From contig JBHGNT010000012.1 of assembly GCA_043228905.1 (NCBI GenBank), forward strand, positions 2,728,001-2,792,000: 64,000 bases of DNA, given 5' to 3'. This DNA is from Azolla caroliniana (taxonomy: Eukaryota > Plantae > Polypodiophyta). Positions 23,201 through 37,168 of the stretch are shown here, piece by piece (within the stretch, counting starts at the first letter, position 1; each line of letters starts with the position of its first letter). The translations under genes were made by a program, and so were the position numbers. The notes below the pieces were generated by a model that saw nothing but the letters and a program-made list of their open reading frames with translations, was not told the origin of the DNA and ran no database searches.

Positions 23201-23530
23201 CAAGACCCGGTTCAACCAGACGCACCGGTTGTGACCAAAGAAGGTCGAGGAAGGCGACTGGGTCTTGGTATACGACAACAGCCTCGACAATCAGCACAAG
23301 GTGGTGCGAAAGTTCGCTAGGAGATAGTTCGGGCCCTACACGGTGACGAGCGCGAACGACAATGGCACGTACCACCTCACAAAACTCGACGGGACATGGT
23401 TAGTGGTACCGGTGGCCGGGAAGCGGATCAAAGCGTTCAAGAAGCGGTTTGAAGACGAGCCGGAGCCAACGAGCGAGAGTGACGACGACGATCGGTTCGG
23501 GCCCGGCGAAGAATCGGAGAGCGATGAGTG
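20207..23530 (+). pseudogene. RT-RNaseH-integrase of the Trp-primed Gypsy (disrupted)
   Basis: LRFIQDLQ, DLYSGYDQF, FLDD, VDTSPTGIG, KYWWPGLY..CESCQ and AYNPEANGKVE motifs. Confidence 0.88.
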
Positions 23531-23980
23531 AAGCCGGTTTTCTTCGGTATCTACTCGTCTCTGGCGCATGCCAGTGGATGCGCGGTTTGGTGGGGGTGGA
23601 TGTCGTGAAGAAAACCGGCCATAGGCGGAATCAGAGGAAAAGGCGCATGAACCTCTTACATGGGTGGACGCGAGAATTGATATTTTGTACATAATTTGTA
23701 ATTAGGTCGGTTGATGTAAATACTAGGTAGTACACATTTATTAGGGGATTTGTGTGTATCACTGTCGAAAGGGACAAGGAATAAAGCGATTGGACTAGGG
23801 GAGAAGGGTCTCCCCTTTGCAAACTATTTAAGGAGGTAGAGAAGGAAGAAAAGGGATCGCGCGTTGGCGAGGACGAAGTGCTGCTGCAGAACCGAGGGTC
23901 GAGCTCTCTCTCTTCCGATCATCGTTCGCTGCCTCTGCTTCGTGGACAGCTCGTGTGCTTCCAGCAGAGGCTCTCTCCCA

Positions 23981-25535
23981 TCGATCGATAAAGAGCAAAT
24001 GCAAGATCAAAACAATCAAAATAACGGGTGTCCTATTGAGATTAGCTTCAATAGCGAAGAAATGCTTCTACTTAAGTAGGAGATAGATAGACTCGAGCGC
24101 ATAGTGGTCATATGCCGCGTGGTGGGATCACGACCAAATGGAGGACTATTGCGAGATATGTTGCAAGGCAAATTTCATTCACAAGTAGGTGGAATAAAAG
24201 AAGTCCAACCGCTTGGTAAAGGTTTCTATCAAATCGTTCTAGAGGACAATGATTCCGCAACGAACCTCATAACCATGTCTCCCTGTCAGATCCAAAACAC
24301 ATGGTTATTCATGTGTAAATGGACACATGGTTTAACCCAGAGAAGGCAGTGCAACACAATGATTCCATGAAAAAGGTAACCATGTTGTTTCCGGGATTAT
24401 CCTTAGAATACAACATGTTACTTCCTACTATTGGAAACTCCTTGGGTATGATGGTGGACAAGGAACTAACGCTAGCAGATAGTCTAAAGAAACACCTAGG
24501 CCCTCCCCTCCCTCTATTTGCCTCTTGGTGCATGACATCAACAAACTTCCTTCCAAGATCCTCATTCCGGGGAAAAACGGAATACGGATTGAATAACGCA
24601 TAGAAGTGATCGGCACACTAGGACAATGTTTTGCATGCAAAAAGCTTGGTCATTGAAAAAAGAACTGCCCCACGGTACGCAATAAGGATCCCACCATGGA
24701 GACCTTGGAATGTTAGGACACCATAGGAAATCAGAAGCCTCCCCCACCACACCCCGATAAGGCTGTGATGGAATGGTGAGTGGTGGGGAAATCGCATGTC
24801 CTACATAAAACTCCATAGTCACAAAATCCTTCATCGCTAGTGAGCCCCAATTGTTTTGATCTACTACAAGAGCTCCCCCCCACAGATGAACACTCCCCTA
24901 GTGCTTTCTTAAGCCCTAAGGAAAGGCCCAAGGTGACTCCAAACGCACAAGAGAAAATCCTCGTTAAAGCTTACAAAACAGGGAAGCGGCGAAGGATAAG
25001 TCATATTAAGACCCTAATGCGGAGTTTTAACGGAACTGCACCCAATGGAGAAACAACAAACCAAGGCAATAGTTTGAATATCACGCATCAGATCATAACC
25101 TTCCCAACCATAAATGAGTGTGATACATCTAGCCAGGAACTTGAACCACACCTGCAAAATGCCCTGAAATGGCTAGGTATAGGGCATACGACAGTGGACA
25201 AAATAAGGGTACATGTATCGGCGGTACACAAGAATGGAGTACCGACGACCTCAGTTTTTTTTCCACTCTTGCTTCTGGCACAAGAGGACTGGTCCAAGTC
25301 CAAGATCAAAGATACCCTATGCAGTCAAGCAGCCTCTTTTGTCACAAAAATAAGAGATAAAGCCCTCATGAACGAACTAAAGAAGCATTGGAATAACACA
25401 GAATTCTGGTGCACCATGGATGAAGAGGAACCTCATCTCTGCCACATCCACTTGTGGACTATCATAGACACCCAACTAACTCCAAACTTCTTCTATTTCT
25501 ATGAGAAGCAGGAAGGGACTATTGAAGCTCACTAG
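23981..25535 (+). pseudogene. LINE ORF1 (DUF4283-like + zinc knuckle)
   Basis: VICRVVGSRP...LGKGFYQI, and CFACKKLGH*KKNC at ~24627-24668. Confidence 0.75.
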
Positions 25536-25681
25536 ATAGCCCACAAACTCCACTCTTGGATTTGGACCAACATTCCATCCTTGGAAATGACTGGATGTCT
25601 AAATGGTGAGTGCTCCCCACTCACGACCTGTTGTGCAAAGCACCAGGAACAACTGGCAATCTCCCACCCCATTCCATGAGC

Positions 25682-28556
25682 ATGAAGATTGTAACATGGA
25701 ACGTGCAAGGGCTCATAAGTCAACTAGATAAACAAAACCTCGATAACACGTAGTCAAAGGAAGTCAGAGACTTTCTACCAGGATTATGGCGAGCAATTTG
25801 GGAGCCAGCAATAGGGGAGGATGGAATTCATGGTGGTATTTGCACTTTGATTTGGGAACATCTAGCCCAAGGCTTAATACACCAGGAATTACTTATACCT
25901 GGTAGGGCACATTTTTGCATGTTGGCCATCCAAGGGCAACATTAGAATTTCATGAATGGTTATGCTCCACATAGCATAACAGAAAGGGCAACATTCTGGG
26001 AACGCATCCGTCTACAAGTAGCGGGTGCGAAAGAGTGGTGCATTGGAGGGGATTTTATTATGATCGAATCCATTCATGATAGCTCCAACAACAACCCCAT
26101 AGTTCTACAAGGAAGGGAATGTAAACAATGAGAGAAGTTATGTGTACACTTTAACCTGCGAGACATCTGGCATTCTGACAACTTCCAACGAAAAATGGAT
26201 TCTCTCTTATTCTCTAGAACAGACGAGCGGAATAGTGGACCAAGCCTATCTCACATTTACCACATTTATGTGGGCAAGGCTCTAGAAGCGAAGGGAGGGC
26301 GGTGTCGCATAACTCTAGGCACGACTTTCTCTGACCATTACCCGGTAGTTGGTCATTTTCAATTGCACTGAAAATGGGGCCCAGTCCAGCCTTGCATCCC
26401 ACACACTATTTACACAGTTATAGAGGTGAAGGAACAACTCTCCAACCAATGGTCATTACCCGTCAATGACTCATCAGCATCTGACAAACTTCTAGCTAAA
26501 TTAACAAGAGCCTCAACTCTCCTACATGAGATTGTCAAGACCAGAAGCAAGGAGGCTCAGGAAAAGCGACAGAGGAAAAAACAGGGACTAATAGCCTTAC
26601 AACGACTCCAATAGAGATACTCGTCATGCAGTTGGATCGCAGGACAAGTTGCCATGGCCAAACATGAACTGAGCATGGCGGAAAAGGAAATATATGACAT
26701 GGAGTTTCATGGAAGCATGGCACGATGGATTCGAGTAGGGGACAAAACCACAAAGGAATTCTTCTGCTCCAAAGGCATGAGGCACGCTAGAACAATGATG
26801 CGTAGCCTCAACCGAGAGGATGGAACGACCACTGAGGATGGCGACGAAATGAGGAATATTGCCACAAGTTACTATAAACGACTACTTACCGAAGATACTA
26901 TGGCCACAGGGGAAGACATAAGAGAAGATATTATACTCCAAAGCATACCCGAGAAAGTCACGATAGAAATGAATACATGGCTCATGCGTCCCCTATCAAT
27001 CATCGAGGTATGGAAGGCCCTCTCTGATTTGGATGCAGATAGTTGCCCTGTAATCGATGACGTCACCCCTCACTTTTTCACAAGCCTTTGGGACAATATT
27101 AAAGAAGACCTCCTCCAGGCAGATGAGGAGATCATCACCTCTGGAAACATGTCGGAGGAATTTGGACACGGGATGATACATCTCATTCCTAAAAGTGTTG
27201 GGAGTGCCAACGACATTAGCAAGTGGCAACCCATAACTCTTCTCAATATTGTCTATAAGTTGCTCGCAAAAATCGTGGCACGCCATTTAACACCACTTCT
27301 CCCTCAACTCATTCATATGTCCTAGACAGTTTTCGTTAGAAATCGGAGCATCCTAGACAACCTCTTCTCATTCTGGGAAGCAGTAGACCTTGCCAAGCGT
27401 ACCAACAACAAGATAGCGGTGGTGCTACCAGATTTTGAGAAAGCATATGACAGGGTATGCTGGAACTTTCTAGAAAGTGTGATGGGGAAACTCGGCTTTC
27501 AAGAGACATGTATCAAAGGCATTGCAAGACTTTATAGGAACGACAACAGTTGTGTTTCACTGGCAGGTGAAAAGGGCCCCTTTTTCTGAATATCCCGATC
27601 TGTATGACAGGGATGCCCACTAGCTGCATCCTTATTTCTATTATACGCCGGAGCACTCTCTTTCTTTCTCAACTTGTGGCATCTCAACCTAAGTGGTCTT
27701 CCTGTACCTCATTCTCACCAAAGCATCCTGGATATAGAATTTGCAAATGACACAACAGTGTACTTGCAAGGGAACATGGCAAACCTCCAAAAGCTAGAAA
27801 GTGGGTTAGCTGTATTTTGCAAGAGATCCAATTCCATGATCAATTGGCACAAATCTTGTGCAATATGGCTTTCTCATGAAACACATCCTGCGTGGCACCC
27901 ACATCCTGCTTTCAAATGGATCAATCAAGGAGCAAGCAACAAATATTTGGGTTTCCAAATTGGTTTCAACATATTGCCAGAGACTATGATTGCACCTGTT
28001 ATCCATTCCATTAGACAAAAGTTGATACATTGGAGTTCGAAAAAACTGTCGCTAGCAGGTCGCATCATAGTGGCAAACCAGGTACTACTCACAACAACAT
28101 GGTAGAGTCTATCATGTTGGAAAATCTCCAAGTATACATTAGATTCAACTACTGGTACGCAACTACATTTGGTATGGTAAGGAAGATCATGTAACTCGCG
28201 CCAAGGTGGCGTGACCTATACTCACAACACCTAAGTCGAGAGGGGGATTGGGTCTTATTGATCCCCTTTCACAATCAAAAGCCTTACTTGCCAAATTTGT
28301 GGTATGAGGACTCCAACCAGGAAATGACTGTTGGAAAATGCTACTGCGGTTATGTTTCGCTTACTTTAGGCCACGAAAAGGGGTCAATTGGGCCCCCCAA
28401 ACGGGATGGATTCTAAACATGGATCTCAAACCTAGTTTCTCCCGCCAATTGGAGGATAGATTCAGTGCATCCATGTGGAAGGCATGGTGTGACATTGGAT
28501 GAGGGCTCAAGTGCGATCAACCAAGATCCGAACCTGCTTGGCTCAATCAACGTATC
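25682..28556 (+). pseudogene. LINE ORF2, 5' part (APE endonuclease + RT)
   Basis: MKIVTWNVQGL, WCIGGDF, SDH, WQPITLLNIVYKL, DFEKAYDRV, QGCPL and EFANDT motifs. Confidence 0.9.
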
Positions 28557-30591
28557 CTATGTGTCAAAGTAAACGTGCGGAAGCGTTTGACAAACCGGCT
28601 CAGCCGAATAGCAACAGAAATGAGAGAAGGTTTAATGGAGAACTTAACACACAGAGAATATGCGTGGGAGAGGTAGAGAGAGAAAAACATAAACTCAATT
28701 AAAAAAATAACACTCTAAAACTCAGTACATATAACGTGTTAAACAACATTATTTATACAAGTCCTCAAAAGGACTGACAGAAGTACTATGTACTTCAATG
28801 CTCATACGAGCGACTAACACTAACTACGAGACAATGATTACGTAGTAGTCTAGGCGACTACTAGGCTTCCAGTTCGCACTCGAATCCGGCTCTCCGATCT
28901 GGCCGGTTGTTTCCAGATACCATCCGGATACCGATCCGGCTCATCCTTCCGGATGTTGATCCGGCTCTCCGTTCCGAATACCGATCTGGCTCTAGCTTAT
29001 TCAGCCAATCCGGATCCGGTTGAGCTTGCTCGTTCAACATTCCCCCTCAAGCTCAACTTGAGGTCGGATCGTGGTGTTAGTGTCTGTGGCAGCCGGTCCT
29101 TCCACCCGGCTCCATTTGGCATCGTTCCGCCTTGCTTGCGCTCCTCGTCCGGTCCGGTTCCGCTTCCCGCAACCCGTCCGATACTGCGCACCTCGACCTC
29201 CTTGGTTGGCTTGTCTGCTCAACAGGCCCATTTCAGCTCCTTCACTGTTATGACTCCAACGCTTGTCCCGTCGGTTCCTTCGTGTTGGCGTCGACTTCCA
29301 CTGCGTCCGTGTCAGCTTGGCCTTTAGTTGATCCGGCTCGTTCAAATTGAACTGTTGAAGCGAATCGGCTGTCTCCGATTCGTTCCCGCTCTTGTCCGAG
29401 TCAATGTTCTCCAACTCGTCTTCCGGTTTCAGGCCCTTCACCACATCAAACCATGTCCGGGTCTTGGCCTTCTCCTTTCAGTTGGCTCTGTCCTTCTTGA
29501 CTTTGCCGCCGATGTCGCTCGTTCCGACGTGTTCGGATGTGCTGACTTCCTTCGTCAACTCGACTTCCTTTTTCCTCTTGTCTCCCCCTTTGTTGGTTCT
29601 TCCCTTTACGGTTCCTTGTCTAGTGCCGTCGACAGTTTCTTTGCCTTTGCCCGTTCTCCCCCTCAAGTGCAGCACGTTGAGATGTTGAACACCAAGTATT
29701 TCAGTGAAGTGCTGCAACTTGTCCGATCTGAGCAGTTTGGTGAAGATGTCAGAAACCTGTCCATCCGTCTGAACATACCGAAGTTCGACTTCACCACTCA
29801 GGATCCGCTCACGCACGAAGTGATAATGCACTTCTATGTGTTTTGTTCGAGCATGGAATACAGGGTTCTTGGCGAGTTGTATGCTGCTCATGTTGTCACA
29901 GTAGATTAGGATCGGGGTTGGTACCTCAATTCACAGGTCTTGCAACAGTCGCCAAAGCCAGATGGCTTCACAGGTTGCAATGGTAGCACCCCGGTATTCA
30001 GCCTCAGTGCTCGACAGAGCCACTGTTGGCTGCTTTTTGTTGCACTTCCAAGAGAAAACATGTATCACCAGCCCAATCGGCATTTATGTATCCGACTAGC
30101 TCTTCAATTATACCATGCCGGTATAACAGTCCCTGGTCCTTCGTGCCGCACACATACCGCAATATTCGATGCGCGCACTGAAGGTGCTCCACGGTTGGCT
30201 TTTGCATGAATTGGCTGATCACACCGACTGGATAACTGATGTCGGGTCGGGTTATAGTCAAGTATATCAGGCTTCCGACTATTTGTTGGAACCATTTCTC
30301 ATCGCAAGTCAGTCCGGAGTTGGGACGGAGCTTATGGTTTCGGTCCAGAGGTGTGGAGACAGGTCGGCATTCTGTCATGCCGAACTCGTACAACATATTC
30401 AACACATAGTGTCGTTATGAGAGCAATATGCCGTCGGGGGTTCAGATCACCTCGATTCCAAGGAAATAATGAAGGTCCCCCAAGTACTTCATCTCAAATG
30501 CGTCTGACAGCTGGGCCTTGACATGACTGATTTCATTGAGTCCGGGTCCGGTGATGACTAAATCATCTACATAAAGTAAGATGCAAACAGG

Positions 30592-33379
30592 TGTCGTGAT
30601 GTTTTCAACACATAGTGTGAAACCACCACAAAAAAGATGAAAAGATACTAATATTGTGAAGTCAACTTTTTTAATAAATGATGAAAAGATAAGAAGGTAG
30701 AAGCGAATTTTCAAAAGTAGAAAAAAATAGGAAAAGTAAAATAATAATAATAATAATAATAATAACGCAAAAAAAAAACCCAAGGCGTGGAATTGAGGAG
30801 CAAGGTAGAGAAAAAAGCTCATAATTTCCTCATCCGGTGTCCAAATTAGACAAGAAAACATTCATAAGAAAGCTAATTCAAGGGGCTTTCCAAAAATATC
30901 TTTCATGTCTAATTTGGACTTACAAAAATATAATAGTGATAGAAATAAAAAGAAACTCATATAGACAAGATTTTTTTTAGGAGAAAAATAAAGCAAACCA
31001 TAGTAAACCTATAAATAGGAGCTTATTTTAAGAAGAAGCGATACGGGGATTGAATAAGAAAATATTTATATTTCCTCTCACATATTCTTATACCCCAAAA
31101 GGGGAGATAGAAAAAATAAATAAATCATGTATCAAAACAAGTCCATTATATTGATGATTTAGTAATAAAAACTTTCCATATTTCTTCTCTTATGCTCTCT
31201 TATTTTAAACATTGCTTATGTATAAAGATAATTAAGTGTCATTCATACTCCCGTAATCTAAGCTTTTCTTATTAGCATTATTAAGTATTATTCAATCTCA
31301 CATAATCTCCTACTAGAAGATTTTCTTATGCATAAATGTAATTAACTATTATTCGATCTCTTATACTACCAATTTACTCTTATTAGAGGGAAATCGCTTG
31401 TCTTTAAAGCCTAAAATACATTAAGTGTTAAGCCCTAAATCCTTCCCGTTTAGAACCCCGGCGGTTCTGCCTTATGATCTACGCTTATTGGCGGATTTTC
31501 ACGACATAATAAAGTGATGAACCCGACGTGAAATGAGACGGTAGGAGGATATCTCATGGAGGCATACAGATACAAAGAGCAGAAGAGATGCAGTCTATAT
31601 GAATTCGACCAATGGGTATTATCATTAAAGACCCACCAAAGTGCCATGCATGCTTTCCATTGGGATCAAAGATTGGTGGTGGTGGAAAAAGTCCTAATGT
31701 TTAAGTCAATCGATCGGAAGGAAAGGAAGGCCATTGGAATCCGGCTTGAGGATGAGGATGGTGCAAATGGCCTCACCGAGGATTGGACGAAAGTGGAAAG
31801 AGAATGTCGATTACACGATAAGAGGAAGACAAGATTCTTGTCAACAACAACACAATCCACGACGGATGGTGAAAGGAGGACAAGAAGCAACTACAAACTA
31901 CCACCTAGAGAAGAGAGCTTGAAGAGGGAAGGTTTGATGGTACTCGACATAGAGGCCTTCATAAACGAGGCATATGAGAATTTAAAGGTGCAAGTCGAGG
32001 CCAACGAGAATCTTATGATGGACTAAAACCGATTAAAATGGTTATCAAGGAAGAAGAGATTTCCCAACAAAAGTGGAGTAATGATACGGCCAATACAAAG
32101 GCCCAAGTTTGGTACGACAACACCACGGGAGAAGGTGTGGAACAAGACGCCTTCCCGTCTTGCAAAGAAATAACAATGAAGAATGAAACAAATGAATCGA
32201 GGGTGGCGAATGCCACTTCAAGCAAGGGCAAATGTTTCGAAACACATATCGTGTCTGAAACATCAAGTGATGAAGGTGCAAGCATGAGCAAAGCTTGCAT
32301 GATCAAGGGAGATAAAAAATGTGAAGCCAACATGATTAAGGAGATAGCCACGAAAAATGACATCGAGTTAGTGGTGGCTAAAGACCAGTCAATGGCGGAT
32401 GGCCGTGTCAAGACTTTCTCCGCACTTGTTCTAGAGACTTGGGCAGATGCGTCGGAAAGCAAACGTGAGGAGACCCAAGAGACGGAAGGTGGCGGCGAGG
32501 AAGTGAAGGCCGAAGTTAACACATGCGAAGACGAGGGAGACGTCAAGATGAAGAAGGAAGACGATGATCATGAAGAGACTTTCCCCACAAAAGTTCTTGA
32601 GACTTGGGCATTAACCGATGTAAGACCCAAGAGATGGAAGGTGGCGGGAAAGAAACAAAGGTCAAAGCCAATGTGGACAACCATAAGGTGGAAGCGGCTA
32701 AAGGTAGCACGGCAAAGGCAATGCCAAACTACAAAATTCCTCCACACTCGTTTGAGAGACTTGGGCATTAACCGATGTAAGACCCAAGCGAAGGACGGTG
32801 GCAGTGAGGAAGCAAGGGTTAAAGCCAATGTGTGCAACAAGGACATAAAGCAAAGCAAAATAACGAAAGTCCATGCGTGCGACAAAGAGACCAAGCAAAC
32901 CTCAAAAAGCAAAGATATGGGCCAAGTGGGCCAAGAAAATATGAAAGATGTGATCACAAAATCTAACAAGGATAATACTAGTGTAGAAGTCATAGTCAAC
33001 TCCAAGACGAGAGTATACCACAAAAGTGGACAAAGTGGGAAGCATGCAATGTGGTCACTTAAGGACCTAGAGGAGAGCATGCCGCTAAAGAACAAATCAC
33101 TAAGAGTACTCAAGAATAGTATTTTGATAAGGCCTTCGAAAGGCATGCATGCAACAAGAAATAATGATAAAAGAAAATTAGATGACCAAGGAGATGGCTT
33201 ATGCATAAATGTAATTAACTATTATTCGATCTCTTATATTACAAATTTTCTCTTATTAGAGGGAAATCGCTCATCTTTAAAGCCTAAAATACATTAAGTG
33301 TTAAGCCCTAAATCCTTCCCGTCCAAAACCCCAGCGGTTCCGTCTCACGATCCGCGCTTATTGGCGGATTTTCACAACA
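30592..33379 (+). mobile_element. Non-autonomous Trp-primed Gypsy derivative nested in Copia A
   Basis: LTR 30592-31506 (TGTCGTGA...TTCACGACA), PBS TGATGAACCCGACGTGAA at ~31515, gag-like ORF 31556-32026, and a partial 3' LTR at ~33198-33379. Confidence 0.8.
32038..33297 (+). other. 419-aa K/E-rich ORF of unknown function inside the non-autonomous element
   Basis: Uninterrupted ORF with internal repeats (GAGACTTGGGCATTAACCGATGTAAGACCCAAG twice) and no recognisable domain. Confidence 0.35.
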
Positions 33380-35780
33380 CTGGGCCATCGACCGGTTCTT
33401 CCTCTCGGCGACACTGTTTTGCTCCAATGTGTATCTGCAACTGAATTCTCTCCAAATTCCGTAATTGGCCAGAAAAGTATTCTTTTCCACCATCCGACCG
33501 CAAGCACTTGATCTTCCTCTCTGTTTCCCGTTCAACCAAGCTTTGAAGGTTCCGGAAACACTCGAAGACTTCGCTCTTCCTCTTGATGAGGTAGATCCAC
33601 GTGTGCTGGCTGTAGTCATTAATGAAGGAGACGAAGTATCAACTCCTGCCAAGACTAACGTTCTGTGTCAGTCCAAATACATCCGAATGGATTAGGTCGA
33701 TCTTGTTACGGTTCCGGTTTTGTTCGGTGGGGAATGGAAGCCGGTGTTGCTTCCCGAGTTGGCAGGCTCCACAAATTTCGGCAAACCGAAAATGACTTGT
33801 TTCGATTGCAGGTCTTGAAGCCTCCGATAATTGATGTGGTTGATCCGCTTGTGCCAGAGATCTATGTCTGATTCAATCTTCTGTCCTTTGGCAAACATTG
33901 CGGTGCCAATGTCATCTGTGTTGAGGATGAACATCCTCCCTTCTCTGCGCCCTTGCACAATTATCCGGCCTTCTTCTTCGATGAAGCACCTGAGGTGTGT
34001 AAACTACACCTACATTCCCTGGTCGATGATTTGTCAGACCGACATCAGGTTCTTTGTGATTGTTGGAATGTGTAATACATTCATCAGCTTCCCCCTCTGT
34101 CTGACATGGCTCAAAGGGACTTCTCCGACATGCACAATCGGGTGAGGGTGTCATCTCCGATTTCGACAATCCCTGGTTGTTCCGGCTTCTCCAAAAGGGA
34201 GAACCACTCTTCATGGCTCGTAATGTGGGTAGACGCTCTGGAATCAACGTACCATACTTCCTCTGATCCGGAAGTGGTCTTCTTCATCGAGTTCGCCTTG
34301 TGCTTCACCACAAATGTTGGACCTTTATCGATCTTCTCGGTTCTGGATCCTTCTGCGTAGTGCGAGCTTTGCCGGTTTTCCCGACCGGACTTGCCGAATC
34401 CGGATTTGTCCGAATCAGCGTACTTCTTCTAACACGCTTTCCCTGTGGCCTTTCTTGCCACAATGCCAGCATTTCGTGTCGGCCTTTCCTTGCCGGTTCT
34501 TGGCGCCGCTTTGATTCCCCCTGCTTGTGGAGGGTCTGGAACTGCTGTCGGCACTAACTCTGTGCCTTCGGTCCTGCTCTTGCCAGCTGCTTCCATTGCA
34601 TGCCGACCCACCTTGTCCACCACGTCCATGGGCCGATCTGTCTTTGTGTACAACATCCAGCCGTCCGATTGAGTGGTTCTCGACCCACTCGCGTGGTTTT
34701 CTTCGACCATCAACGTCGATTGCAAGATGAAGAAAGACAATGGTTTCTCTCGGATGTAGATCACAGTCCGGATTGGCCTGTACCTTTGCGCTAGACCACC
34801 GAGGCAGATTTGTACCATCTTGTCTTTGTCCATCGTCACGTTGATGGACCCGAGTGCGTCGCAAATCTCCTTTGTCTTGGTGGTGTAATCCATAATCGAC
34901 ATGTCTCTTTGCCGGGTGTTTTTCAGCCGACAACTTATGGGTTGCGGTACTCGCGATGAAAATCTTCCTCAGATTTCCCCAGGCCTCCTTCGGCGTCTTT
35001 GCATCCTTTATGTGGTCGTGCGCATAGGATGTGATGCAGTACAATACTCGGCTCGCTCCTTGCTCCCATACCAGGAATTCCTCGTGTGCCGGCTCTGGCA
35101 CTACCTCGTTTGTTCCTTCCACGAAGCTCCAATATCCATGCCCCATCAGGTATTGGTGCATCTTGTATGACTAGGACGCGTAGTTGCTCTGGTGGAGCTT
35201 CTCTGTTGGAAGTGAATGTGCCATTCCTTTGTCCATATCTTCTCTCTGTCTGTTGTTACCGGGTTCTAGGGTTCGTCTACGAAAGCAAGTGTCGACTGCA
35301 GAGGTTCTCAACCCTCACGCTTTGATACCATGTCAAAGTAAACATGTGGAAGCGTTTGACAAACCGGCTCAACCGGATAACAACAGAAAATGAGAGAAGG
35401 TTTAATGGAGAACTTAACACACAGAGAGAATACGCGTGGGAGAGACAGAGAGAGCAGAACATAAACTCAACTAAAAAAATAATACTCTAAAACTCAATAC
35501 ATACAACGTGCTAAACAACACCATTTATACAAGTCCTCAAAAAGACTGACAGAAGTACTATTTACTTCAATGCTCGTACAAACGACTGACACTAACTACG
35601 AGACAATGATTACGTAGTAGTCTAGGCTACTACTAGGCTTCCGGTTCGCACTCGAATCCGGCTCTTTGATCCGGCCGGTTGTTTTCGGATACCGATACGG
35701 CTCGTCCTTCGAAATACCAATCCGGCTCTGGCTTATTCAACCGATCCAGATCCGGTTAAGCTTGCTCGCTCAACACTATG

Positions 35781-37168
35781 GAACCCATGTATCAAGGATG
35801 AATCTAATCAACTACTGGGATCACGTCTTACGTTGTCATGGGGATACATTGCAGAAGGTCCAGGAAAAAATATAGAATGTTGGAGATAGTTTATGTCACT
35901 GCCACTACAAGGTCAAGCCAACATACTCCATGGAATCAAGGGCGGATAGACAATGAGATCAGAAATCATTAACGCTCTATTAATTAGGGAAGCTGCTACT
36001 CAAAGGACGACAATGAAGAAATGGATAGGCTACGAGGAGGAGGGATCTTTGATCCTGAAAGGTAGGGGAACACCAGACATGATCGAAGGGTCTGAATTGC
36101 GAGACACTGAGATACCAACACAGAATAACGCAATTCGAGTACTCGCGTATACTAGTCATAAATGGATTGTAGATCCTGATCCAATCAAAGTACAACCCGA
36201 TTGGCACATATGTACTCATGGAAACACATGGCTACATAAGGTCAGTTGGGACCCTTTGCAATGGACATGGTGTGATCCTTACGCGGGTCAAGGAAGCAAA
36301 CCCATCCCTTTCTTCCAATTCACAACTAGATTGGGTCGCCACATTATAGTTGCTCAAACCGCCCGAGAGCCTTCTGCTGCAAAGGTTTGGCACAAATTTC
36401 AAGTTCCTCACACAATTATCACCAAGTTTTGGCAGAAAATTTGGAAACAACAACATGCGAGGCGAATTACCACGTTCCAATGGCTATTAAGACATATGTC
36501 ACTACCGGTGGGAGCATGGCAACGTGAGAACCTTAGCCCTCCTAATTGTGTAGAGTGCCCAAATGCAGTAGAATCAATACGACACGCTCTGTGGGACTGC
36601 CCATCGTCCCATCGAATATGGCGAGAGGTTGGCCGCTTGTTGCAATTATGCCATGTGCAAGGCTCAATCAAGTGGGGAAATATATGTTGGCTATCATGGC
36701 AGACCCCAGTTGGCATATACGAGCATCAGGACGAGGGGATGAATTTGGTGATAAAAGCACAAGAGGTTTTTTTCTCCACCAGCGGCAATGTCCACTCAAC
36801 TCCTCTTAATGACAAATCTTAAGTTGTGTTGGAATTGGTCAGCCCAATAACTCTTTGGATTCTATGGAAACAACGGTGTAGACGGGTCTTCTCCAACCAA
36901 ACCGCGCATCCAACAAGGTTACTGCAAGAGATATGGAGTGAAATTGTAGCCACTCTAAAGAGCCAATATGATGGCCTCAAGGGCGGCTCCGATGGAGTCG
37001 AAAGACAACGAATAGTCTTCATCCAACAATGGTCATCCTCTCCCTTTCTTGAGTTAGTGGGCATCCACATAAGATAGAACTATCGCGTCCCTATAGGGAT
37101 TTGTACATAATAGTCTCATTTGTAAAATTTTATAGCTAATAGAAGGAGTTTTTTTTTGGAAAACAAAA
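35781..37168 (+). pseudogene. LINE ORF2, 3' part (zf-RVT) and 3' UTR/A-tail
   Basis: The frame resumes ILWNP across the Copia TSD. Motifs CVECPNAVESIRHALWDC and ITLWILWKQRC; tail at 37159-37170. Confidence 0.9.

Larger units (their letters stand above)
11605..23980 (+). mobile_element. Decayed tRNA-Trp-primed non-chromovirus Gypsy (Phygy-like)
   Basis: 5' LTR TGTCGTGAAG...CTTCGCGACA (11605-18071, split by an insertion). The 3' LTR starts at 23601 after GGGGGTGGA and is truncated at ~23980. Order is gag-PR-RT-RH-IN. Confidence 0.88.
28562..35775 (-). mobile_element. Decayed Copia element A
   Basis: LTRs at 28562-29039 and 35331-35775, TSD CTATG, Met PBS TGGTATCAAAGC at 35330, PPT at 29040, and gag/PR/IN/RT/RH fragments. 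Confidence 0.93.
11345..37168 (+). mobile_element. Near full-length L1-type LINE interrupted by nested LTR elements (5' limit inferred)
   Basis: ORF1, ORF2 and a 3' tail are present. Imperfect candidate TSD: AACATGAAACTTTGG (11330-11344; also 9748-9762) vs AACATGACTTTGG (37169-37181). Confidence 0.55.
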
